NCBI GenBank assembly: GCA_041749475.1
Contig: JBGTBD010000067.1
Coordinates: 6,191 to 70,190 of the forward strand
Length of the DNA stretch: 64,000 nt
Direction: 5' to 3'
DNA from: Rickettsiales bacterium
GTDB taxonomy: Bacteria > Pseudomonadota > Alphaproteobacteria > Rickettsiales > UBA998
The notes beneath the pieces were generated by a model, which searched no databases, had not been told where the DNA came from, and saw nothing but the letters and a program-made list of their open reading frames with translations. Positions 9,535 through 19,277 of this stretch are shown here, in pieces. The translations under genes were made by a program, and so were the position numbers. Each line of letters begins with the position of its first letter. The first letter of the stretch is position 1.

Positions 9535-9746
9535 ATATGACTCAACGGAATAGGCCGATGAAATGGTGAATCAGAACAATGCGTATTCTTAAGCATAATG
9601 CAAATGTCTACACACATACTTAATAAAACATATCCTGTCGAAAGGTGGAGTTAAGCTCGCGCCTACTGCGCTCGCTCTGCCACAGTAAGTAAGAAGGCAT
9701 GCTTTTGCAGATGAGTAAATCGAATATTCACATTGTGCAAGGTTGT

Positions 9747-11345
9747 CTAAGGCGCTTTTTGTATCTGAATCAATTTCACCAATGATTCCATCTGGTCGGC
9801 CTCATTGGCTGGCTTATCCCAACGGATGCGGTTAATGCGCGGGAAGCGCAGCGCATATCCCGATTTATGCCGCGCCGAGACATGCACCGAATCGAATGCG
9901 ACCTCAAACACCATGCCGCGCTCCACCTCGCGCACCGGGCCGAAACGATTGGTAGTATGATTCCGAATCCAGCTATCGAGTTTTTTGAGCTCCTGGTCCG
10001 TGAACCCGGAATACGCCTTGCCGATGGGCAGCAATTCCTCGCCCTTCCATAACCCAAATGTGTAATCCGAATAGAAGGACGATCGCTTCCCTGAGCCGCG
10101 TTGCGCATACATCAGCACCGCATCGATCACTAGCGGCTCCCGCTTCCATTTATACCAATGCCCTTTAGGACGGCCGGGGATGTAAGGACTATCCTTACGT
10201 TTCAGCATCAGCCCTTCAATATAATTTTCCTCTTCCCGGTTCGCCGTCGCGCGGTAAGATTCAAGCGAAGGAAAATCGGCATATTCAAGAAGGGGAGAGA
10301 TTTCCATGTGTAGCGGACGTACCCGCTCGAACCAAGCTTGCAACCGCACGCGGCGCTCAGAAAGCGGCAACCCGCGCATATTTTCTCCATCTAATTCCAA
10401 TGCATCGTACAGCACCAAATGCGCGGGATAACCCTCCATCAATTTCTTACTCGGCACTTTCCGCCCCAGCCGCTGCTGCAGATCGTTGAACGGCGAAATG
10501 ACATCGCCTTTCTTCACCAGCAACTCACCGTCAAGCGTTGCATGAAAATCGAATGCACCGACAAGGTCAGGGAAGGAATGCGAGATATCGTCTCCCGTCC
10601 GCGAGAACATCGCTGCGCCTTTAGGTGAAGATACGAGCTGCACGCGGATACCGTCAAATTTCCACTCGGCGTAATACTCGTCCGGATTGATACTTGCCAA
10701 CTCTCGGTCTTCCAAAGGATGCGACAACATCACCGGATGGAACGTGATGCTATCCGAAACATCAGGCCGCTCCCTCGTCTTCTCCAGCCATGCGAACAAT
10801 TCCGTATAAGGTGGCAACAACCCGTGCCACACGGTCTCCACATCCTCGACAGGCACATCCCCGAAATCCGCCAGCACATTCTTTACGAACCGTGCGGACA
10901 CTCCAACGCGGAGGCCCTGCGTCCCCAATTTAAGTAAAGCCCAACGCTGCTCAGGCGTCATATTATCGAGCAGCATCACGAGATAATCCCGCACCCCTTG
11001 CTTGTCGCTATTCTGGAATCGCTCGATAACTTCGTGCAGCGAAGGTAACCTGTTCAGTCGTACCGCATCAACGCTGATGGGCCAGATATGCGCCACCGTC
11101 TCCGACGTCTCCCCCACATAATCGCGCGAAAGTTCATAGAGCACCGGGTCCACCCGTTCCTTCACCACGTCGCGGATGACATGGCGTTTGAACAGGTCAA
11201 AACTGAGCGTCCCTGCCAGCGCAGCAACCGTATAGCCCCGGTCTGGATCAGGCGTCCGCGCGAAATATTCTTTCAACAATGCGGCCTTCGCGAGGTTGCT
11301 ATGCGAATAATAGAGCCGATCGAGCAGGAGGGCGAATGCTTCCAT
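9747..11345 (-). CDS. ATP-dependent DNA ligase (ligase-associated DNA damage response cassette)
   Basis: Adenylation motif AEWKFDGIRVQ (KxDG), followed by nucleotidyltransferase and OB regions. Start taken at MEAFALLLDRL (11345), 1 nt after the exonuclease stop; ATG 11369 would overlap it. Confidence 0.85.
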   Translation of the reverse strand: MEAFALLLDRLYYSHSNLAKAALLKEYFARTPDPDRGYTVAALAGTLSFDLFKRHVIRDVVKERVDPVLYELSRDYVGETSETVAHIWPISVDAVRLNRLPSLHEVIERFQNSDKQGVRDYLVMLLDNMTPEQRWALLKLGTQGLRVGVSARFVKNVLADFGDVPVEDVETVWHGLLPPYTELFAWLEKTRERPDVSDSITFHPVMLSHPLEDRELASINPDEYYAEWKFDGIRVQLVSSPKGAAMFSRTGDDISHSFPDLVGAFDFHATLDGELLVKKGDVISPFNDLQQRLGRKVPSKKLMEGYPAHLVLYDALELDGENMRGLPLSERRVRLQAWFERVRPLHMEISPLLEYADFPSLESYRATANREEENYIEGLMLKRKDSPYIPGRPKGHWYKWKREPLVIDAVLMYAQRGSGKRSSFYSDYTFGLWKGEELLPIGKAYSGFTDQELKKLDSWIRNHTTNRFGPVREVERGMVFEVAFDSVHVSARHKSGYALRFPRINRIRWDKPANEADQMESLVKLIQIQKAP

Positions 11346-11346
11346 G

Positions 11347-12357
11347 TCAGTCGTCCTGATCGTCTTCATAACCGAGCAATGTCAACGCCTGCGCACGCAC
11401 ACCCATCTGCGTCGCCATATAGACCAGCGCTTCCTCCCGCCCATGCGTCACCCATATTTCCGGTGCGCCGACATCCGTAATGGTTTGCAGCAATTCCTTC
11501 CAGTCGCAATGATCGGAGATAATGAGGGGCAGCTCTACCAGCTTCTGCTTCGCCCGCGCACGAATCTGCATCCACCCCGAAGCAAGGCAGGTGATAACAT
11601 CCGGCAGATTGCGCGACCACCGATCCGCCAATGCCGAGGGCGGCGCAATGACGACCTGTCCCGCCAAGGATTTTTTATCTACCTCACTCACGGGAATCAC
11701 TTCACCGAAATCGAATCCGTGCCGCTGATACAACTCGCACAATTTCCGCATCGCCCCGTGCAGGTAAAACGGTTTCTGGTATCCCATCTCCCTTAACCCC
11801 GCCATCACCCTCTGCGCCTTGCCGAGCGCATAAGCGCCAATTAAATGGCAGCTATCCGGAAATAACCGGATGGACTCCAGCAGTTTTTGTAATTCCCCCT
11901 CAATAGGCGGATGATCGAACACGGGCAACCCAAAGGTCGCCTCGGTCACGAACACATCGCAACGGACAGGCTCGAACGGTGTGCATGTCGGGTCATGCCG
12001 TCGCTTATAATCGCCTGAGATGACGATGCGCCCACCGTCATGGTTCAGCACCGCCTGCGCACTTCCCAAAATATGTCCGGCGGGGGCGAGCCACATCTCC
12101 ACACCATCTAGTTGTATTTGCTGACCATAGGGCAGGGGAACCCGTGTCTCACAACACTTCTCGCCGTAGCGGACGGACATGATGTCGAGCGTCTCCGGCG
12201 TCGCATAGACCGTCTCATGTCCGCTACGCGCATGATCGGTGTGCCCATGCGTGATCAACGCCCGTTTCACCGGCCGCACAGGGTCGATGAATAGGTCAGC
12301 CGGGGCGCAATACAGCCCTTCTGTTCGTACGCTCATCCATTCTCGTGGGTGCGACAT
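11347..12357 (-). CDS. ligase-associated DNA damage response exonuclease (metallo-beta-lactamase / beta-CASP fold)
   Basis: HxHxDH motif (ITHGHTDHAR). C-terminal ISDHCDWKELL and VTHG strings fit beta-CASP motifs. Co-directional with and adjacent to the ligase. Confidence 0.8.
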   Translation of the reverse strand: MSHPREWMSVRTEGLYCAPADLFIDPVRPVKRALITHGHTDHARSGHETVYATPETLDIMSVRYGEKCCETRVPLPYGQQIQLDGVEMWLAPAGHILGSAQAVLNHDGGRIVISGDYKRRHDPTCTPFEPVRCDVFVTEATFGLPVFDHPPIEGELQKLLESIRLFPDSCHLIGAYALGKAQRVMAGLREMGYQKPFYLHGAMRKLCELYQRHGFDFGEVIPVSEVDKKSLAGQVVIAPPSALADRWSRNLPDVITCLASGWMQIRARAKQKLVELPLIISDHCDWKELLQTITDVGAPEIWVTHGREEALVYMATQMGVRAQALTLLGYEDDQDD

Positions 12358-12394
12358 AGTGTTTTTATATAAAGGATTCCTATATATTTTCCAT

Positions 12395-14860
12395 ATGCCG
12401 CAACGTTCCGCGAAACCCCTTTCTCTGCCTACCTATGTGGATGACTGGTTCACCCGTCAGGGCTGGCACGTCCGTCCGCACCAGCTGGCGATGGTGCGCG
12501 CCTTCGAAAAACGCCGCTCGACCTTGCTCATCGCGCCGACGGGCGCGGGGAAAACGCTCTCCAGCTTCCTCCCCAGCCTGATCGACATCGCCGAGAAGAA
12601 GCCAACGGGGTTGCATACGCTCTATATCTCTCCCCTTAAAGCGCTCACCAACGATATCGAGCGCAACCTGATGCGCCCGGTCGCGGGGATGGGGCTGGAT
12701 ATCACCATCGAATCCCGTACCGGCGACACCCCCTCGCATAAACGCGCCCGTCAGCGCAAAAAACCGCCCAACATACTCCTCACTACCCCGGAATCGCTGA
12801 TGCTGATGCTCTCCTACGCCGATGCCCCGCAGATTTTCAAAAGCGTCCGATGCGTTATTATCGACGAGGTGCACAGCTTCGCGCACAATAAACGCGGCGA
12901 TTTCACGACGCTCGCCCTGTCGCGACTGAAAACACTTGCCCCGCGCCATATCCGCTTCGGTCTGTCGGCCACCGTTGCCGAACCGAAGAAATTATCGGCA
13001 TGGCTGGGCACGGCGGCAAAACCCGCATCGTTGGTCGAGGTGAAGGACGGCACGAAACCGCATGTCGAATTGCTGCAGGTGGATGCTGCGCTTCCCTATG
13101 GCGGGTTCATGGCCAAATATGCCGTACCGGATATGTATAAAGCCCTGCTGAACGCTAACACCAGCATCGTCTTCGTAAACACCCGTGCGCAAGCCGAACT
13201 GATGTTTCAATTCCTGTGGGAGGCCAACACGGAAGCCATCCCCATTGCTATCTATCACGGTTCTTTAAGCAAAGAACAACGCCGCAAGACCGAGCGCCTG
13301 ATGGCGGACGGAAAACTCAGGAGCGTCGTCGCCACCTCCGCGCTGGAACTGGGAATCGACTGGGGGGATGTCGATCTCGTCGTACAGGTCGGAGCACCCA
13401 AAGGCGTGAGCCGATTGCTGCAACGCATTGGTCGTTCCAACCACCGCATGGATGAACCCAGTGAAGCCATCCTCGTCCCCGCTAACCGGTTCGAGGCACT
13501 AGAATGCCGCGCCGCGATCCACGCCATCTCCATCGGCAAGCTGGACGGCGAACCGATGCTGCCCGGCTCTTATGAGGTCATCGTCCAATATATCATTAAC
13601 TGCGCGTGCAGCCGACCCGTCACCGCGGACGCGATGTACGCCGAGGTAATCGCCGCCACCCCGTATCACGACCTCCCGCGTGACGCGTTCGACCGCCTGT
13701 TCCAATTCGCGATCGACGGCGGCTATGTGCTGCAGCATTACGACCGATTCAAGCGCCTGATTCCGGCGGAGGAGGGGGACGGATACGTCATCGCCAGCCG
13801 CATCGCCGCCCAACGCCACCGCCAGAATATCGGCACGATTGTCGAAGCCGCCCGCCTCAAGGTGAAGAAGATGAACGCCAAACGCGGCGGGCATTATATC
13901 GGCGAGGTGGAAGAAAGTTTTGCGCAGCAATTAACACTGGGAGATACGTTTTTCTTCGCCGGGCAGATACTGGAATATGTCGGTGTACGCGATATGATTT
14001 TGGAAGCGCGTCCCAGCACCGCGACCGAACCGAAGATTCCGAGCTACGCGGGCGGCCAGATGCCGCTTTCGACCTTCCTCGCCGATGGTGTGCGCGCATT
14101 GCTGCACCGACCGTCCTCGTGGAGCATTCTCCCCCCGTTGGTGCGCGAATGGCTGGAACTGCAGAAACGCTTTTCGCAATTACCGGAACTGGGCACATTA
14201 CTGGTCGAGCACTTCCCCCGCCAGAAACGCCACTTCACGCTGGTCTACACCTTCGAGGGCCGCAAAGTGAACCAGACTCTCGGCATGCTGGTGACGCGCC
14301 GCATGGAACGCATGGGCCTGAAGCCCTTGAGCTTCAGCGTCACCGATTATGCCCTCTCGCTGATGACATTGCGCCCTCTGACAAAAGACCATATAAACCA
14401 ACTGCTCAGTCCCGATATCCTCGCCGACGAGTTGGAAGAATGGATCATCGACTCCCCCATGCTGAAGCGCTCCTTCCGCCATGTCGCGATGATTACCGGC
14501 CTCACCGAGAAGCGCATCGCCGGGAATAAAAAAACAATGAAACAGGTGACCTTCTCGACCGACCTGATCTACGACGTCTTGCGCCGCCATGAGCCGAACC
14601 ATATATTATTGCAGGTGACGCGGCAGGACGCCGAGCGCGAATTGCTCGATATTTCCCGCCTCAGTCATATGCTGATGCGCTACAACGAACATATCGCATT
14701 CCGCCCGCTGAAACGCGCCTCACCGATGGCCATACCCATCCTCGTCGATGTTCGCCGCGAGGCCGTCCATGGCGCAGGCGTAGAAGAACTGTTAGAGAAA
14801 GCCAGCAAGCAACAGGAAGCTGAAGAGATGATGGAAGATGTCCGCGCAGCCCTCGACTAA
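12395..14860 (+). CDS. ligase-associated DEXH-box helicase (Lhr-core-like)
   Basis: Walker A APTGAGKT, DEXH box IIDEVHSF, motif VI LLQRIGRSNH. Divergent from exonuclease-ligase. The track start 12239 lies inside the exonuclease gene, so it was trimmed to ATG 12395. Confidence 0.85.
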   Translation: MPQRSAKPLSLPTYVDDWFTRQGWHVRPHQLAMVRAFEKRRSTLLIAPTGAGKTLSSFLPSLIDIAEKKPTGLHTLYISPLKALTNDIERNLMRPVAGMGLDITIESRTGDTPSHKRARQRKKPPNILLTTPESLMLMLSYADAPQIFKSVRCVIIDEVHSFAHNKRGDFTTLALSRLKTLAPRHIRFGLSATVAEPKKLSAWLGTAAKPASLVEVKDGTKPHVELLQVDAALPYGGFMAKYAVPDMYKALLNANTSIVFVNTRAQAELMFQFLWEANTEAIPIAIYHGSLSKEQRRKTERLMADGKLRSVVATSALELGIDWGDVDLVVQVGAPKGVSRLLQRIGRSNHRMDEPSEAILVPANRFEALECRAAIHAISIGKLDGEPMLPGSYEVIVQYIINCACSRPVTADAMYAEVIAATPYHDLPRDAFDRLFQFAIDGGYVLQHYDRFKRLIPAEEGDGYVIASRIAAQRHRQNIGTIVEAARLKVKKMNAKRGGHYIGEVEESFAQQLTLGDTFFFAGQILEYVGVRDMILEARPSTATEPKIPSYAGGQMPLSTFLADGVRALLHRPSSWSILPPLVREWLELQKRFSQLPELGTLLVEHFPRQKRHFTLVYTFEGRKVNQTLGMLVTRRMERMGLKPLSFSVTDYALSLMTLRPLTKDHINQLLSPDILADELEEWIIDSPMLKRSFRHVAMITGLTEKRIAGNKKTMKQVTFSTDLIYDVLRRHEPNHILLQVTRQDAERELLDISRLSHMLMRYNEHIAFRPLKRASPMAIPILVDVRREAVHGAGVEELLEKASKQQEAEEMMEDVRAALD

Positions 14861-15518
14861 ATCCCCCGTAACCACCGTTCGTTTCGCAGGCGAGGAATTA
14901 GAACTCCACGCTGGAGGAGCACTTTATTGGCCTGCGGAAAATATGCTCATCGTTTCCGATCTCCATCTGGAAAAAGCATCCTTCCTCGCTCGTTTCGGGG
15001 CCGCCATCCCGCAATACGATACGCTCGATACGCTGATGCGGCTTGACGCCTTGCTGCATCATTACCAGCCCTCGCATGTGGTCTGCCTCGGCGATAGTTT
15101 TCATGACCGGAACGCCCATCACCGTATGCCCGAGCAGGAACACGCCTATTTGAAAACGCTGATGCAACGGGTAAAAGCATGGCACTGGGTGCTCGGTAAT
15201 CATGATGTGGCGCTGGCGAATACACTGGAAGGCAACGTGATTATCAATTATATCTGCCGCACTATCCTGCTCAGCCATGAACCGGATGCCTCCCCCCTCG
15301 CGCAGATCATCGGGCATTATCACCCTAAAGCACGCCTCTCCCTCGGTGGTCGGCGGGTGAACGGAAAATGCTTCATGCTGGCGGAAAAACTTCTCATCAT
15401 GCCCGCCTTCGGTAGCTTTACCGGCGGGCTTGACAGCGGCCACGAAGCTCTGACCGCCCTCAGCCCTACCCCATTCTCCCGCTACCTAGTCTACCGCGAA
15501 GCCATCTGGAAAATATGA
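14838..15518 (+). CDS. pdeM: ligase-associated DNA damage response metallophosphoesterase (PdeM/MPE)
   Basis: Calcineurin-like phosphoesterase motifs: VSDLHLEK, LGDSFHD, LGNHD, GHYHP. Overlaps the helicase 3' end by 23 nt. Confidence 0.8.
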   Translation: MSAQPSTKSPVTTVRFAGEELELHAGGALYWPAENMLIVSDLHLEKASFLARFGAAIPQYDTLDTLMRLDALLHHYQPSHVVCLGDSFHDRNAHHRMPEQEHAYLKTLMQRVKAWHWVLGNHDVALANTLEGNVIINYICRTILLSHEPDASPLAQIIGHYHPKARLSLGGRRVNGKCFMLAEKLLIMPAFGSFTGGLDSGHEALTALSPTPFSRYLVYREAIWKI

Positions 15519-15680
15519 ATTTTTTCATATCAGATGGGTGGCTTCATTCCTAAAATTGCCGTTAGTTTCATCCAATCGTCACACACATCCACGCAATAGC
15601 CCTGTAGATAAAACGCCGTCTCCGCACGCTTTGTCTTGGCAAACCTTGCGCTTCATATAATAATAAAAAGGGGTTACCGG

Positions 15681-18026
15681 ATGTTTGAAAAAGTAGGCGA
15701 GACACTGAGCGCGTTACCCGTAGCGGCCATCGCAGCGGATGTAGTCAAGTCGGTCAAAGAAGGCAACGTCACCATCCTCGCCGCTCCTACAGGAAGCGGA
15801 AAATCAATGATGGTTCCCGCGATGCTTGCCGACGCAATGTCCGCCGAATCTGCCGCTGAGGACAACCAAATCCTCGTCCTCGTCCCCCGTCGGCTACTGG
15901 CGTTGGATGCTGCCGATAACGTATCAAAGATGGCAGAGAAGAAACTTGGCGAAGAAGTGGGCTACGCCTTCGCCGAGAAACTAGGCGAGAAATCGATGAA
16001 GTCGAAGGGCACGAAGCTCCTCTTCGCTACCTACGGCTACGCCATCAATTCCGGCCTCATCAATACGGCCAAGACCGTCGTGCTGGACGAGGTGCATGAA
16101 AGCCAGCAGGACATCTCCCTCGCGCGCGCCATTCTCCACAAGCGTAAAACAGACAATGAACCGGGCCTCTCTATTCTGGAAATGAGCGCCACGGTGAATG
16201 CCTCGAAACAGAGCAAGTATTGGGAAGATATTCCCGGGACACACACAGCCATCCACCAGATCGACGGCCAGACGATGGCCTGTGAAGAAAGTCGCATTGC
16301 CCCGGTGAAGGATGAGACATCCATCCCCAAGATCGCGCTCGACTTGCTACAGAAAGGCCGTAAAGGCATCGCCATTTTCCGGGCCGGCATCAAGGACGTC
16401 GATAATACCGTGAAAGAGTTGCAAGAAGCACTGAAAAGCGCTGGCATCCATGATGTCGATGTGATGCCATGTCATGGTTCCACCCCGTCAGATAAACGTA
16501 GGGAAGCCCGTCTTGCCCCTGCTGAGGGGAGACGAAAAATCATCGTTGGGACGAATACGATTGAATCCGGCGTGAACTTGCGCTGGGTCGATGCAGGGAT
16601 TTCCGATGGCTTCGGCAACATCCCCTATGACCGACACGATATGGGCGCAGGCGCGCTGGTGCGCGAAGACCTCGCCCAATGGCGCCTGATCCAGCAGCGT
16701 GGACGGATCAACCGCGCACCAGAGGTGACCGGCCATGAGAGTGGGGCATTCATCCTCTATTCACACACCGAGATGAACCGCCGCCAGATTGCGGCGACCC
16801 CGGAGTTGGAGAATGTCTCCCTACTGCATATTGCCTTCCGCGCTGCATGTTGTGGGTATAACCCGGAGGATCTGAAATTTGATACGAAAATCGAAACTGC
16901 CCGTATACAGGAAGCCAAGGAAGACCTGATTCGCCTTGGCCTGATCGCTGATGATTGGCGTCTGACCGATGACGGTGAATACGCTTCCCGCCTTCCGCTC
17001 TCGCCTGAAACGGCGGCGATGGTCTGTGAAGCGCACCGGATGGACATTGAGACGCGGCGCCAGCGGACTGGCAGACAGCGCGTGCTGAATGATTCCTTCA
17101 TCATTGCCGCCATCACGCAAGAGCGTGGATTGCGCGAGAATAGAAATCGGAGTCACGGGCTGGAAGGGGGATCGGACGTCGACGGCGCATCGGATATCAT
17201 GGATGGGTTCAAAGCATACCTCAAACTAGAAGGGACACCTTCCGCCACCATGGTCGCAGGCTCGGCGCAGATCATCAAGGACGGTGACGAGGACACTCTG
17301 GAGATGCTGGATTCAGCACGCGAACGATTGAAAGCGGACTGCCTTAGATTGAATGTCGATTACACGGCCTTCTGCAATGTGATGGAGCTGGTCGGTGAAC
17401 TCCGCGCACGCACCATTAAAAGGGACAAGAACGCTCTCAAGCCCAACGAAAACGCTGACTTTACAAAAGAACGTTATAACGACTTAAAACAGGTCATTCT
17501 GAACGGGAACGCCCATAAGCTATTCGCGTTACATCAAGACGACGAAGGCAAACCCGCCTACCGCGATTTATTACGCGATTTTGGCAATCGCAGGAACAAT
17601 CTTGGAGGACTATTCAGTTACAAGGTCGAAGAATCTTCTACTCTGCATGGGTCACAGGAATCCTCTTTTACCCCGCTGGTGGTAGGCGCATTACGGGAAT
17701 TACCCCCTAAACGTGATTCAGAAAGCCTTGACCCGGTCATTGAACTGACGCAAGTGACCTCCATCCCCGCCAGCGTCTTCATCAACTGGGCGCTCACGCA
17801 TCAACCTCCTGTACTGGAAAATGTACGACTTGAAAAAGGGAAAGGCAAAAGCGGCATCTTGCATGCCCGCTATTCCGGTCGCGCCGAGTTCGAGATGCCG
17901 ATACCCGAGGTGACTAAACTCATTGAGCAGCAGGTGTCGCAACTGGAACAACCAGAGAACGCACAAGGCTGGGCTGCAGCCCAAATCTCCGGCGGTAGCG
18001 GCGGGAACAGTTCCCGGAGAAGGTAA
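15681..18026 (+). CDS. divergent DEAH-box helicase (HrpB/HrpA-like)
   Basis: Motif I AAPTGSGKS, II LDEVHE, III MSAT, V GTNTIESGVN, VI QQRGRINR. An HA2-like segment follows (LGLIADDWRLTDDGEYASRLPLSPETAAMV), then a long C-terminal region. RBS aaaaagggg precedes ATG 15681. Confidence 0.75.
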   Translation: MFEKVGETLSALPVAAIAADVVKSVKEGNVTILAAPTGSGKSMMVPAMLADAMSAESAAEDNQILVLVPRRLLALDAADNVSKMAEKKLGEEVGYAFAEKLGEKSMKSKGTKLLFATYGYAINSGLINTAKTVVLDEVHESQQDISLARAILHKRKTDNEPGLSILEMSATVNASKQSKYWEDIPGTHTAIHQIDGQTMACEESRIAPVKDETSIPKIALDLLQKGRKGIAIFRAGIKDVDNTVKELQEALKSAGIHDVDVMPCHGSTPSDKRREARLAPAEGRRKIIVGTNTIESGVNLRWVDAGISDGFGNIPYDRHDMGAGALVREDLAQWRLIQQRGRINRAPEVTGHESGAFILYSHTEMNRRQIAATPELENVSLLHIAFRAACCGYNPEDLKFDTKIETARIQEAKEDLIRLGLIADDWRLTDDGEYASRLPLSPETAAMVCEAHRMDIETRRQRTGRQRVLNDSFIIAAITQERGLRENRNRSHGLEGGSDVDGASDIMDGFKAYLKLEGTPSATMVAGSAQIIKDGDEDTLEMLDSARERLKADCLRLNVDYTAFCNVMELVGELRARTIKRDKNALKPNENADFTKERYNDLKQVILNGNAHKLFALHQDDEGKPAYRDLLRDFGNRRNNLGGLFSYKVEESSTLHGSQESSFTPLVVGALRELPPKRDSESLDPVIELTQVTSIPASVFINWALTHQPPVLENVRLEKGKGKSGILHARYSGRAEFEMPIPEVTKLIEQQVSQLEQPENAQGWAAAQISGGSGGNSSRRR

Positions 18027-18046
18027 AAACATTCTGGATAAAAAAA

Positions 18047-18075
18047 CAGGCGGCCATGATGCGCCGCCTGTTTTT
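18047..18075. terminator. bidirectional rho-independent terminator between the DEAH helicase and hemerythrin genes
   Basis: caggcggc-(8 nt loop)-gccgcctg stem, flanked by an A-run on the left (18041..18046) and ttttt on the right (18071..18075). Confidence 0.7.
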
Positions 18076-18096
18076 GTATTCAAAGGATGGATAAGA

Positions 18097-18555
18097 TTAC
18101 GCAGCGGTTTTCTTAGCCAGCATTTTTTGCTTGAGCGCATCCATCTCGACCGCAAGTTCTTTTGCTTGGCTGTCGCTCAAATACTTTTTAGCTTTCTCGA
18201 AGATTTCACCTTCTTCCTCATCCACATGGTGGGTGACGGAATGTTTGAACTCGCCGAACTGCTCCATCCATTTTTCGCTGTCGATGGGCAGGGAAGAAAG
18301 CTTCTTTAGATAGTCACGGATCTCATCATGCTCTTCATCCGCATGTTCGAGTTTCTCTTCCACCTGCTTGCTGCGGGTAGCATCATCAATGGCTTTGTAG
18401 AATGTGGCTTCTTCGCTGTCGGCGTGAAGCGTCAATTCCTGTTTAATTTTAGCAAACAGTGATTCGCGTTGCGAAACATTTTGGGTGGCGAGCAGCTGGT
18501 CCATCATATCGGCGACCAGACGGTGATCTTTTTTCAAATAGTTGTAGATATCCAT
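18097..18555 (-). CDS. hemerythrin domain-containing protein
   Basis: Repeated H/E metal-ligand pattern: KKDHRLV, LHADSEEATFY, EEHDEI, THHVDEEEGEIF. Confidence 0.8.
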   Translation of the reverse strand: MDIYNYLKKDHRLVADMMDQLLATQNVSQRESLFAKIKQELTLHADSEEATFYKAIDDATRSKQVEEKLEHADEEHDEIRDYLKKLSSLPIDSEKWMEQFGEFKHSVTHHVDEEEGEIFEKAKKYLSDSQAKELAVEMDALKQKMLAKKTAA

Positions 18556-18676
18556 GTGATTCTCCTTAGGTGCTGGTGGGATGCGTCAGTCCCCCATTAG
18601 TACGTCATCGCGTATCAACAAAACAGGTGAGGGCAGATGCGTCACGCTAAAAAAGACATAAACATCAACTATATAA

Positions 18677-18691
18677 TGAGAATCATTCTCA
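18677..18691. promoter_or_regulatory. iron-responsive operator candidate (Fur box / Irr ICE / RirA IRO-like palindrome)
   Basis: Perfect 7-1-7 palindrome TGAGAATCATTCTCA. It matches 13/15 to the Fur core TGATAATCATTATCA, contains AGAA-N3-TTCT (ICE core) and fits TGA-N9-TCA. Lies 122 nt upstream of the hemerythrin ATG in an AT-rich stretch. Confidence 0.5.
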
Positions 18692-18695
18692 CAAT

Positions 18696-19277
18696 TTATG
18701 GTTCTTCCTTGTAGGGCGCATTCTTCATGTAAAGCGCAATATCGCTAATATTCAGCACTCCTGCATGGGGGCATAAAGCAAGCGCCGCTTTAGGCATCGC
18801 CGACGCGTAAGCGCATGCGGGTTGCTGAATAATGGCGGTTCCCCCGGCATCACCAATCGCCTTCAACCCCTTGGCGCCGTCCTGATTCGCGCCCGTGAGG
18901 ACGATGCCAAGCAGGCCCACCCCATACGCGTCAGCTGCCGTCTCGAATAAGATGTCAATCGAAGGGCGGGAGAAATGTACCTGCTCCTCGCTGGAAAGCG
19001 ACAGGTGAAAATGTTTCTCCACCAGCAGATGATAATCAGGCGGTGCGAAATAGATCGTGCCGCCTTCAATGGGTTCACCCGCTTCCGCTTCCCGCACCGG
19101 AAGGGCGCACTTATGCTGAAACACTTCCGCCATCACGCTTTTCTTATCCGGTGGCATATGGACGACGATAAGGATGGGGATGTGATAGTCCGCCGGAAGG
19201 GTGGGTAACAGCTGAGAAAGCGCTTCTACCGCTCCGGCCGATGCACCAATTACGATGGCGCTGAAAGCATGTGTCAC
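18696..19277 (-). CDS. cheB: protein-glutamate methylesterase CheB, catalytic domain only (no receiver domain)
   Basis: 193 aa with VIGASAGAVEAL, PILIVVHMP and TGANQDGAKGL strings of the CheB esterase domain. The start overlaps the cheR stop by 1 nt. Confidence 0.8.
   Translation of the reverse strand: MTHAFSAIVIGASAGAVEALSQLLPTLPADYHIPILIVVHMPPDKKSVMAEVFQHKCALPVREAEAGEPIEGGTIYFAPPDYHLLVEKHFHLSLSSEEQVHFSRPSIDILFETAADAYGVGLLGIVLTGANQDGAKGLKAIGDAGGTAIIQQPACAYASAMPKAALALCPHAGVLNISDIALYMKNAPYKEEP

Noticed and set aside
12358-12394. A LexA/SOS box controlling the ligase-associated repair cassette.
   Set aside because: Neither the GTTC-N7-GTTC / GAAC-N7-GAAC direct repeat nor a CTGT-N8-ACAG palindrome is present in the 37-bp intergenic region.
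15631-15661. A sigma-70 promoter for the DEAH helicase (TATAAT at 15656..15661).
   Set aside because: The -10 hexamer is perfect, but the best -35 candidates (TTGTCT at 19-nt spacing, TTGGCA at 14-nt spacing) are badly spaced. This is too weak to report as a feature.
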